64,000 nt of DNA from Eledone cirrhosa (taxonomy: Eukaryota): positions 25,296,001 to 25,360,000 of the forward strand of contig OZ024749.1 of the NCBI GenBank assembly GCA_964016885.1, read 5' to 3'. The notes under the pieces are model-generated. The model was not told the origin of the DNA. It worked only from the letters and a program-made list of their open reading frames with translations, and ran no database searches. Position numbers and translations under genes: made by a program. Shown piece after piece: positions 13,980 to 26,658 of this stretch. The first letter of the stretch is position 1. Each line of letters starts with the position of its first letter.

Positions 13980-14207
13980 GTCTTACAATTTAGTCCTCGC
14001 TTGCTTTTTTCCATCCACTGAATTATTTTTGTATAAGTTCCCTGTGTCCACGCATCGCCTGGTAACTTAGCTGAGAATTGACACCAGATGACGAAAGGTA
14101 TTCTCCATGTTCCATCCGAAAACCATGTTTATTCCCTTTCAGAAAATAATTAGTTGGAGTGAAATTTTAGTAAGTTAATTTTATAATTTTCTTATTTTAC
14201 GTCTTTC

Positions 14208-14210
<3 letters not shown>
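13980..14210 (+). mobile_element. Diverged copy of the 16418-17299 family
   Basis: Shares CTGAATTATTTTT...TAAGTT and TAGTAAGTTAATTTTATAATTTTCTTATTTTACGTCT. TA-flanked. Confidence 0.75.
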
Positions 14211-14260
<50 letters not shown>

Positions 14261-14277
14261 CTATATATATATATGTA

Positions 14278-14328
<51 letters not shown>

Positions 14329-14923
14329 AAAATTATTGTCATTTTGCAAAAAAAACACAGTAGTGTTGATCATATATTTTTTTAAATTATATGTATATAT
14401 ATATGTATATATTTATATGCGTGTCATTATTGTTGTTGTTGTCGTTGTTGTTGCTGTTGTTGTTTGGATTTCTCTCAATTCTATTCAATACTAATGACAT
14501 GGTAATTCGATTTCACTATTTTAATTCGTTTTACGAGTTTTCAATTTCCTCAGTGTGTGTGTATGCTAGACTTCACTTTTTATTACGTTATAGGATATCA
14601 GGCTAACTCCCTTGGTGCATGAAGGCAATTCACAAATATTCATTTAAAAATATAAAGAAAAGAAATATACGATTAGAGGAAAGAAGAGATATCATACATG
14701 ACATAACGAATGTGTAATTTTTTTAAAGTAAAGATATTTAAATAATCGTTAGACAGAGCCATCTATCATAAACTACACGTTCCTTAAAAAAATGAACACG
14801 GCTATGCTTTGATAAGTTCGTACAATCCGACACGTATATCCATATGTATAGAAGTAGTTTACTTTGAATTCATGACATATATAATATAAACGCAGAAAAG
14901 TGCACACCTATATAAAGAGACAC

Positions 14924-15063
<140 letters not shown>

Positions 15064-15082
15064 ATGCATGTATATATATGTA

Positions 15083-15194
<112 letters not shown>

Positions 15195-15311
15195 TAAACG
15201 GAATAGAAAATGCTGACAAATTGTTCACAGTTGAAAAATGGTTTAATTAGGAATAAAAGAGTATTAGTGATTGTATGGGTTAGTATTCAGTTGTGGTTTT
15301 AAGTTTTTAAG

Positions 15312-15349
15312 TTTTTACCGGTTGCGCATTTCTAAATGCTTTTCAAAAA
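15312..15349 (-). ncRNA. Degenerate U3-A8 hammerhead (GAAA mutated to GCAA)
   Basis: Minus strand: TTT-TTGAAAA-GCATT taga AATGC-GCAA-CCGG-TA-AAA. Confidence 0.55.
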
Positions 15350-15388
15350 TAATTTTGAGATAGAGTGTCCGTGCTGTTTGCTCTGATC

Positions 15389-15435
<47 letters not shown>

Positions 15436-15908
15436 GTATATATATATATGTATGTATATATATACAGGCAGAATGTATATATGTATGTATATATATATAG
15501 GCAGAATTCTAGGAGAAAGAAAACTCTGATATAACACCTGCAACCCTGATGGTATACACTGATATTGACTTGTTCTTCTTTTTGGTAAATATCATCTTGG
15601 TTAAGAGAGTGGGACTGGCTTTGTGCAGTGCCTTTGCTCACTATAAAAGCTTCGCGGCACAGGCATTGCTTTATATTTGGAGATTTCTCTGCACTTGTCG
15701 TCACATGGTACCATGGGCCCAGCACTATGTGTCAGAAAAAAAAAAAAAAAAATTGTTCGGGAAAGACTGCCCTAACACCGGCCAGAGTTACCTTCCTTCA
15801 CCTGCTGCAAAATCAAAACAAGATATTTTTGCGAGCAATGAACCTTGATGTGGATTTAACCCCCAAAACTCTTTCCGAGCAATATAAGGAACACTTGTAA
15901 TTATTTAT

Positions 15909-15948
15909 GCCCTTGAGAAGCCAAACTGGGCGAAACGTACGTAGGTGC
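15909..15948 (+). ncRNA. Minimal type I hammerhead, U3-A8 core variant
   Basis: GCCC-TTGAGAA-GCC aaactg GGC-GAAA-CGTACG-TA-GGtGC. Palindromic stem III. TATA-like ATATAAG at ~15883. Confidence 0.7.
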
Positions 15949-16170
15949 TGTTTTAAATAAACATGTTTTAACGGTCTATTCTCCAATTTTTTACTTTCCC
16001 ACGTGCTTACGCTCTGCTAACTCTCTAGCCCACTAAATATTAATACTTCGAATATTTAATACTGCCGCAGTAGTATCGAGCACCTTTGGCATACGCTACT
16101 TGCAAATAACTATATGTATCACCTATCCTCCCCTTTTTTTTCTCTTTCTCTATACGTAAATACTGTATAG

Positions 16171-16319
<149 letters not shown>

Positions 16320-16329
16320 AATATATATA

Positions 16330-16379
<50 letters not shown>

Positions 16380-16381
16380 AG

Positions 16382-16417
<36 letters not shown>

Positions 16418-16423
<6 letters not shown>

Positions 16424-17295
16424 CGTAAAATAAGAAAATTATAAAATTAACTTACTTACTAAAAAATCACTTCCAACTAATTAGTTTCTTGAATGGAGTA
16501 AATATATTTTCCGAAGAAACACATATAAAATCATTCCGTCATCAGGAAAGTATTTTTCCGTATAGGTCTCCAGGCATAGCGAGGACACTGGAAACTTATT
16601 AAAAAAATAATTCAGTGGAATGGAAATAGCAAAGCGTGGACTGGATTCCAAGCCATTTAGAAAATCACTGCCTCCTCGTCTGTGGCAAATTCAAAAAGAA
16701 TCAATCACGTGACATCGAGGTCAATCAGTGGAAAGCGAGTAGTTATTAAGACAGCGGCCAGCTTACTACCATAGTAGCAGTCATGGCCAAATATTGCACG
16801 CGAGCAATATTTGCATGACTGCTACTATGGTAGTAAGCTGGCCGCTGTCTTAATAACCACTCGCTTTCCACTGATTGACCTCGATGTCACGTTATTGATT
16901 CTTTTTGAATTTGCCACAGACGAGGAGGCAGTGATTTTCTCAATGGCTTGGAATCCAGTCCACGCTTTGCTATTTCCATTCTACTGAATTATTTTTTTAA
17001 TAAGTTTCCAGTGTCCTCGCTATGCCTGGAGACCTATACGGAAAAAGATTTCCTGATGACGGAATGAATTTATATATGTTTCTTCGGAAAATATATTTAC
17101 TCCATTCCAGAAACTAATTAGTTGGAAGTGATTTTTTAGTAAGTAAGTTAATTTTATAATTTTCTTATTTTACGTCTCTCATATTATTGTTCTGCAACCC
17201 CATGCATTGAACCACATTGTTAATAAGACAAAACCTATATATTTGCTAGCATTGATATGCATCTGTGTGTATATAGATGTTACTAGATATAAATT

Positions 17296-17299
<4 letters not shown>
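16418..17299. mobile_element. Large near-perfect fold-back element in (TA)n (arms ~380 bp)
   Basis: 16418-16797 is the reverse complement of ~16804-17181, followed by an unpaired 3' tail to 17299. Contains a CTGATGA...GAAA-ATATAT-TT core without a clear stem I. Confidence 0.9.
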
Positions 17300-17351
<52 letters not shown>

Positions 17352-17355
<4 letters not shown>

Positions 17356-18052
17356 ATTTGAATGGATACAGTTTAGTTGAAAGGAATTTATTGACACGTG
17401 TTTCAATAACAGTTACATAACCTGAAAACAGCTGCTATCTACATAGTATTAGTTATGCAGACATTCAATATTTCAATGTTATTATTTACTGTCATTTCAT
17501 CAGAATAATATTACTGAGGACTTGTTTGGTTTTTATAGAGAATATTAGGAGGGAGGGGTGAAGTTGTTAGAAGAATAGTTGAGGGAGTGGTTTTTTGATA
17601 GCAGTGAGAATTTTTGGTGGCAGTGAGTAATTAGATACCCATCTGTTGTTTTGACATTTTTATAGAATATATTATTGGTTATTTTTCTAAATCTATAGAA
17701 GGATTAGAGATAGTAAAGATATGCGTGGTTGGTTTTGTGTTTGCACTTAATTAACATTCAGACTTAAATTTTTCTTTCAAGTGTACGTATCCTTTCACCC
17801 ACGCATTCACACACAAACATATTTGCACACCTCTACAAAATACATATACTCACATTCACATAGTAACATGTTCATACTTACATACATATACACATGCATA
17901 CATATATATATACACACATGTATTCATGTACATACATACGCGTTCATGTGTATACATTTTTATACTCAACTTATCTTTATATACACACGTATAGACACAC
18001 ACATATATACATACATACTCTAGTCTATGTGTATATATATACATATACATAT

Positions 18053-18135
<83 letters not shown>

Positions 18136-18648
18136 CACTTTAATACATGAATACACTTACATCTAACTATACACATCAAACATATATATATATTTACTTA
18201 TTTATATACATTTTCACATATATATACATACTTATGGTCGCTTTTAGACACATTCATTATCGCATTTTTGCACCTATTCTCATCAGCATATCTTTCCATT
18301 ATTAGTGTGGTAATTTGAGGTTATTATTATACATATATATGTTGAGAAGAGATTGTTTTTATATTTTTCTAACTAGATTGAGGTTTATATAGTTGGGGGA
18401 TGTCCCTCTTTTATGTAATATTCGGCTTGTAGTGGGAAAAAAGGGTTTTAGTTTGGTGACGGCAGAATAATGTTCGTTCAATTCTGTTATTCAGCAATTT
18501 CTTCTTGTGTGTGATTATGTAATATATCTCAAGATTACACAATTTGCAGAAATTTTGGCCCCTGGAAAAGCTTTGGGTTTTAGCTAATTTCTCCCATTTT
18601 AGGGTAAACTTTTGATCGCTATCCCTGAGCGTCCAAGCTTTTTCTGCT
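17352..18648 (-). mobile_element. 5'-truncated PLE (GIY-YIG C-terminus, 3' UTR, hammerhead)
   Basis: 18430-18648 minus translates AEKAWTLRDSDQKFTLKWEKLAKTQSFSRGQNFCKLCNLE and, after a frameshift, LLNNRIERTLFCRH. HHR downstream; TA-flanked. Confidence 0.75.
17388..17508 (-). ncRNA. Type I hammerhead with long stem II insertion
   Basis: Minus strand: TTATT-CTGATGA-AATGACAGT-[~75 nt]-ACTGTTATT-GAAA-CACGTG-TC-AATAA. Confidence 0.85.
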
Positions 18649-18719
18649 ATATAGATATATATATAGATATATATATATATATATATATATAGATATATAT
18701 ATAGATATTAATTGAAAAA

Positions 18720-18965
18720 AGACGAGATGTCCTACATTAGTGAAAGTATCAGGAAAAGAATTCGAAAATGCTACTGGGGTCTTTTTAAGAAGATTTATCT
18801 GTTTCCTTTACCGGTTTCACAGTTCCTATGCTTTTCAAAAGTAGAATTGAGATGGAGGTTATCTCAATTCTACTTTTGAAAAGCATAAAACAGTGAAACC
18901 CCTAAAGGCAACAAACAGATATTCTTCAAAAGACTCCAGTTACATTTTCAATTTCATTTCCTTAT
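18720..18965. mobile_element. Fold-back insertion of the 13430-13635 family with two inverted U3-A8 hammerheads (18806-18841 minus, 18873-18907 plus, degenerate)
   Basis: CTTTACCGGTTTCAC...GCTTTTCAAAAGTAGAATTGAGAT followed by ATCTCAATTCTACTTTTGAAAAGC...GTGAAACCCCTAAAGG. Confidence 0.75.
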
Positions 18966-19030
18966 ATATAAACAATGTGTCATTTGGATTGTTGATTATC
19001 AACAAAGTTAATTTACAACATATATATATA

Positions 19031-20515
19031 TTGCCGATCTGTTATCCGGAATAAAATGCGGAGATAATTGTGGTTGAAAAAATAAATATATATGAAATTG
19101 GAATCAATTCTAATTACTTGAAATAATATAATTACGTTGTATACATATTGACAAGCGAACAGGGACCTAATTAGAGTAAGTTACATTATTTTCCAATGAA
19201 ACCTTAATGGTTCATATGAGACAAAAATATATTCTCAATAATGTTGAAGATTTTACATCAAACTGTTGACAACGCATGCGCAATAATCGAATATAGCAGT
19301 ATTGGTAGAGGGTCGGACGCCATGCTTTGACGCATAGAGTTATGGCCCTGGCCATTCTGAGTTCAAACCCCGCCGAGATTAACTTTGCCTTTCATCCTTA
19401 CGGGATCGATAAAATAAAGTACCAGTAATGCACTGGTGTATTGCTGGCCTTGTGCAAAATTTAGAAACAATTATATTAGATTGTCAGTATCAGTAGGGCA
19501 TAAGAAACCGTGCTTTTAGATTCTGAGTTCAAATCACGCCGAGGTTAACTTTGACTTTCATCCTTGCGGATGATAAAATAAAGCACCAGTAATACTATGG
19601 AGTAATTGCTGGCCTTGTGTCAACATTCGAAACAATTATATTGTATTGGTACACATTCTTTTACACTCTCTTGTTTCACGTACTTTAAGTATATGGCTTG
19701 GTGGTTAGAGAAGAGGATTAACAATTGTGATGGTGCGATGCCGATTCCCAGGGGGTGGTGTGTTGTATCAATGAAGAAGACAATTTATTTCAAGTTGCTG
19801 GTAAACAGCATCAGCCATGGAAAGACAAATGGAAAGATCACGTTTCAAGGCTAGACATTCACACACATAAACACAAACACACACCCTTTCACCCATACCC
19901 ACACACACACACATGCTCAATCACTCTCACACAGAAGCACCACACACACTTGTACATTTAAATGTGTGTGCGTGTTTGTCTGTATGTGAATGTCTTGCCT
20001 TGAACCGTGATCTTTCCATTTCTCTTTCTATAGCTGCTGCTATTTACCGGCCCTAACTTATAGCAGAGATAGGAACATGAAATAAATTGTCTTCTTCATT
20101 GACACAACACATCACTCGGTCTGAGAACCGGCTTCGCAAAATCACAATTGCTAATCCTATTCTCTAACCACCAAGCTATGCACCTGAGCTACGTGAAACA
20201 AGAGAGTGTAAAAGAATGTGTGAACAAATACAATATAATGCAATACAGATATATTTGATTGTTGCGCATGTGTTGTCAATAGTTTGACGTAAAATCTTCA
20301 ACATTAATGAGAATATATCTTTGTCTCATATGAACCATTAAGGTTTCAATGGAAAATAATTTAACTTACTCTAATTAGGCCAACATTCGCTTGTCAATTT
20401 GTATACAACGTAATTATATTATTTCAAGTAATTAGAATTGATTCCAATTTCATATATATTTATTTGTTCATGCACACATATCTCAGTATTTTATTCCGGG
20501 TGACAGATCAGCAAT
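19031..20515. repeat. Old ~1.5-kb imperfect inverted duplication
   Basis: 19031-19293 pairs with 20250-20515, and 19636-19880 pairs with 19960-20240. The inner arms contain a decayed second SINE type. Confidence 0.85.
19294..19640 (+). mobile_element. Two tandem tRNA-derived SINE copies in the left arm of the palindrome
   Basis: Two box B + core + GGCCTTGTG...AGAAACAATT-like units, absent from the right arm. Confidence 0.85.
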
Positions 20516-20807
20516 CGATATAGAACGGGGTACGTTTATGTTCCTTGATGTTCTGAGTTCAAATCACGCCGAGGTTTGCTTAGCGTTTCATCGTTACGTG
20601 CTCGATAAATTAAAATACCAGTAACGCACGGTAATCGATTTAACCGGCTTTCCAGTCCTTTCTCCAGAGTTGTTGGATATGAGCCTAAATCAGAAAAACT
20701 TCGAGACCCACCATCACTCAAATGTTGGAGTGAGCCGTTTTGTTCGGAAATATAAATCCATGTCCACTCAAACGGACACATACGCACATATATATATATA
20801 AATTAAA

Positions 20808-20906
<99 letters not shown>

Positions 20907-20976
20907 TACATATATGAATATATATTTATTTATTTAAATTTTTATATATATATATATGTGATATATGTGTATATAA

Positions 20977-21029
<53 letters not shown>

Positions 21030-21354
21030 GTGTATATTGAAGAACAAAGATCAGAGGCGATGCAATTACAATGACAGGATGATTGGCGCCGGCCCAATTT
21101 AAGACACGTTCCGATGTGTTTCCGTGCAACGAAGATCGTGTTAGGAAGTAGATTAGTGAGGCAAAGAGGCTGGGGGAGAAGGATAGGGAGAAAGAGAAGA
21201 AAAATCAATAATTAGATTACTGTAGGGCTTCTTCAATCGTTTCCTTGCTGTTGAATCAAGAAATCACTAAACTAGGGTCTAATTAAGCCAGATGGCGCTT
21301 GTGTTTATTGGCGAATTAATGGCGGCAACGAGGATGTTGTTATGACGCTGATAT

Positions 21355-21420
<66 letters not shown>

Positions 21421-21713
21421 CAAGAGCAGCAACAGCAACAGTATGATATGATTCTGAAGAGGTCGGTAATGTTGAGGCAGGAAACAAAAAGCCAAATAAT
21501 GTTCCGCCATTTTAGTTTATTGTAGTTTCCATCATTCCTTCCTTCAATTTTATTATTATTTCCTTTCCTGGACCTCCTTCTGACCATCGATCTCAACTGT
21601 ATTCAATTCCTTCACTTAATATTTCCGTTTATTTGTTTATATTCTAATTTTCATTAGCATTTTCTACTTATTCATCATCCATCTCCATCTTCCTTCTTTC
21701 CCTTATATATAAA

Positions 21714-21869
21714 TGTTTCTAAATTTGGCACAAGGCCAGCAATTAATCAGTGCATTACTGGTACTGTATTTTATCGACTCCGTAAGGATGAAAGACAAAG
21801 TTAACCTTGGCGGGATTTGAACTCAGAATGGAGTTCAAATCCCGCCAAGGTTAACGTTGCCTTTCATTT
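21714..21869 (-). mobile_element. 5'-truncated SINE with fold-back duplication and TSD
   Basis: TTAACCTTGGCGGGATTTGAACTC-agaatg-GAGTTCAAATCCCGCCAAGGTTAA. CCTTATATATAAAT occurs on both sides. Confidence 0.85.
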
Positions 21870-22380
21870 CCTTATATATAAATAATCGACCACCAGGATG
21901 AAAAAATTCTCGTTTTTTTCTCTCCAAAGTCACCCGACCTCAATAGGCACAACCTTCTTAGTTAATGCTAAACAATTTGGAAATATTTCATTCTATGGTA
22001 AATTTATTTTGCATTCACTCTCTCAATCCCTTCTCATTTACTGCCATGGCAATCTAACCCACTGGCAGAGCACAGCGTTCATAAGAAACACGCGGATATT
22101 TCAGTATTACACACGCATACAGACCACCACAATGACACATATATATCATTTATCTACGAAAACAAGTAAACCAAGGTTTACTACTTAATTAATCCACTGT
22201 TTCACGGTCATTTTTTAGGTCAAATATAGCCAATATATTATTCATATATTAACTAAATTATACCAAATTTAGACTTCTATTTTGCCGTTTATCCTTTGAA
22301 ACAATATAATGTAAACCGTACATTGCGTTAAACATTTCGCGGTATAGTATTGTAATGTCGTCAACATATTAATATATGCA

Positions 22381-22442
<62 letters not shown>

Positions 22443-22557
22443 GGTGAATTACTGGTGTTGGTACCAAATCAGGCGCATAACAGGCCGATACGCAATAGTG
22501 TTCAGAGGTAAGCGAAACCTCTTCTTTGTTTCTATTATATATATATATATATATATA

Positions 22558-22603
<46 letters not shown>

Positions 22604-22675
22604 TCTAATCTATCTTATCTATCTTATCTATCTTATCTATCTATCTCTATATATATAGAGATAGATAGATAGATA

Positions 22676-22754
<79 letters not shown>

Positions 22755-23341
22755 TAGATAGATATATAGATATATATGGGGAGGTATATATTTTTGTGTG
22801 CGTGTTACGAAGAAATATTCTTATAATCTCCCGTCAAATCAATGTAAATAGTCAAGAGACCACATTCGCTTATTAATCAACATACCGCTATTTATTTTTA
22901 TTACAGTATATGTTACTTAACATTTGTTTGCCTAAAGACGAATGGTTCACACCTAAAGCGCTTCTGTTATTGCCTGGCTGTCATTTTATTTCCCCTTGCT
23001 GTAGTTTCTGTCACAATTATTGCCGTTGATTTGTTTGTATTAATTATTCTATAATATACTACATCATAGTTATAGCAGTCTTATGACTTGAACTCAGATT
23101 ATCTCTAATTATAATGAGGTTTATTTCCACAAACTTACAACTTCATAATCATACGCATACATATACAGACAGATTCACAGGATCCCACACAAATATCTAC
23201 ATACATTTTCTTGCACGTAAATCAGTAGTTAGCTTATAATTTCATAAGCTATAGAAATTTATTTATGTTCTATACTGTTCTATATTTGTTTTTATGTAAG
23301 TTTATTTTGCAGCAATAGCTTTAAGAAATAGCTTTAAGAAA

Positions 23342-23519
<178 letters not shown>

Positions 23520-23539
23520 CAAATGTACACTTTAACTTA

Positions 23540-23579
<40 letters not shown>

Positions 23580-23622
23580 GAGTATATTTTTCTGGCCTCC
23601 GTTACTAGTTGAACATAGCTTC

Positions 23623-23653
<31 letters not shown>

Positions 23654-23824
23654 GCATATGTGTGTGTGTGCCTGTGTGTGTATGTGTGTGTCTCTGTGTG
23701 TGTGTGTGTGTGTATGTATGTGTGTGTATTTACAAGCACAATACATACAATCATCACTCAAATACGTATATATAATTTTATATATTAACATATGTATTAT
23801 ACATGAATAAATATGCACACACAT

Positions 23825-23873
<49 letters not shown>

Positions 23874-24562
23874 TAGATAGACAGATAGATAGATATAGAT
23901 ATATATATAATCTATATATATGCATATGTATTAAATATTTACATACGTTTATATATATATCTACACATATCTATATAATTTTACATATATACATATGTAT
24001 TAAATATTTACATACATATTTATATATATACATACATATATGCATATATGTAGTTATATCTATCTATATATGTGTGTGTGTGCACACCTACGCCAGTGAG
24101 TGTGTATCCGTGCCATTCTTTTGTTATTGTAGTTGTTGTTGTTGTTGTTATTTCTGTTGTTGTTGATTTATTGATTCCTCTTCATTGATTAACTTCAATT
24201 TCCGGAAGAACATCCGGTTTTCTGGCAACATTTACAGCTATTGCCTTCTAGAAAGTGTCTCTTTGCGTTTTAACGACTGCTTTCTCTAGATGTATAAAGA
24301 ACGAATTCATCCTTCCGGCATTAACATAATTTCGTTTCCTATTATTTTCAGAATATTTTTATTGAAGATTCTATTCTACAATTCAAAAATGTTGTGGCTG
24401 TAATATGATGTATTTGCGAAATAAAATTCAAATTATAAATGTATATAAGTATGTATGTATATATCTATGTATGTAATGTATGTATGTATGAATGTGTGTG
24501 TATAAGTATATTATGCATACATATGTATATGTATTTATACATATATACATATGTGTATACAT

Positions 24563-24628
<66 letters not shown>

Positions 24629-26597
24629 TAATTTGCTCACGAATTCCAGCTATTTCAACAACCGGATACTTTCTGTAACTAAACATTAAAAGGGTAAACA
24701 ATGTATATGCTCTCTGCACCACGAGTACTCTGTATATCATATTTAATCTATAACAATAAACACTATATTTCAATAATCGATCTATTGTCTCTGGGACAGA
24801 AAATCTGTTTTGTTTGTTGTTAATTATATTGTAAACCTTTAAAAAAACATTTCTATTGTACAACGATGATTTCATATTGCTTCATTCAACAACATTCTAT
24901 AGCTTTTGTTTTTCTATTTGTATTTCAAACGAAAGTCATTTATGCAAAACAACTAGATTCCCTTGCTATCATGTTTGAAAGGCATTTATGCAAAACAAAA
25001 TCATAAGAAACAAAAATCTCAACGTTACAAAACGTTATAAAAAAGTTCTTCTACTAAACATAAAGCTTGGTTATTTTTCGGAAAACCCGGAAAATAAAAC
25101 AAAACAATGCTACATAATTTGTATTACAAAGAAGATTTTCATTTATTTGCAAGGATAATGAATTTATAGGGTCAGGAAATATTTAATTAATTTATATATT
25201 ACACTTGGTTTGAGGGGAAGTTTTCCATAGATGATTGTTTAAATGCGGTTAAACTGCCTAGAGATCAACTCGTAAATATTAAATTATATGTATTAATTGA
25301 AATTGTAACCTGCAGGTGCGTGTCTGTTTCCTTCTTTTTGTAAGTCGGCGGAATTAGTTTTAAAGATGGGCAATGTGTTGTGTTCTCATCAAGAAGCCAC
25401 TTATTTTAGTCACTAGGAAAGATAAGTTTTAAGTAAATATCTACGGGATTATAAATCATGTAAGACAGAAACATAAATAATTGTAACATAGCAGGATGTA
25501 TGCCGATCTATCTATTTGGCCAATCCATTTTCTCGCCTAATCACAAGGTCAGATATTTTGAAGTGAAGTACTTTAGTGAATTAATCTAATCCCATGGCTT
25601 GAGTTGCATTTTATTTAATCGCTGCCCTCCTCCCAGTTGACTTAGGTAATCATGACCAATGGGGAATTTGAACTCTTGCTATTTTCTCACATTAAATCCT
25701 TTCTGTATATACTTCTTCTTATAATTGCACTTTTGTGACCACTAAATTATTACGCCAAAACACAAAAAGCTGAGTACATGATCAGTTGGTTCACTATAGC
25801 AATTTATATTTCGATATTGTTTTGACGAACTTAATTAAAAATTGCAACAAACACCTTTATTTGATATGCGTTAAAACGATTAACATTTAAATATAAAATG
25901 TATAAAAATGACGGAAAAGAAAGTTAATTTATCTGTTGTTAAAGGTGCGCCTGTTATCGAAATCCGCTGATACCTTAACTGATTATATGTAATTGTTTAA
26001 ATTTCATTGTTTAATATTTTTCTAACGAACAATAGGAAGTTTCAAACATTTCTCACTGCTCTAATGAACGTTGATATTATTTAACTCTTTTAAAACTAAA
26101 TTTAAATCTGTACATGCATTTTTCAGAGAATATTTTTGTACAATGAAATGACCACATTGTATTGAAAAATTCCTTAACAATTCAACCCCGGCTGAAAACC
26201 ATGTTTCCTACTTCTTAAACCTCCATTGCTTAGTATTCGAAATTTTAGCAACAAGAGCTGTTAATTTCTCATTGGATATCAAGGCTATACCATTCAATCC
26301 TTAAATCGTAATACGATGAAGAAGAAAAAAAACAGTTATTTTGCTTTCTGTTATGTCACAAACACCAAGTGAAATTTGTCTGTATTGAGAAACTATTGAA
26401 GACCGTATGCAGCTGTTTATGTTATGTATTCTTAATCTAGTAATTCTTGTATTCCACCAATCATGAAATATATATTTCCTATTTTCAATAGATATCCTCG
26501 TAGTCGTCGTTATAATTCATTAAATAATAATCGTATCTATTGATTTCCATAAATATATTCATATTGTTATATATTCTTCTTCTTCTTCTTCTTCTTC

Positions 26598-26638
<41 letters not shown>

Positions 26639-26658
26639 GTTGTTGTTGTTGTTGTTAT

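Noticed and set aside
24198-24385. Cluster of nGAAn/nTTCn heat-shock-element-like motifs
   Set aside because: No perfect triple unit and no associated gene, so chance is plausible.
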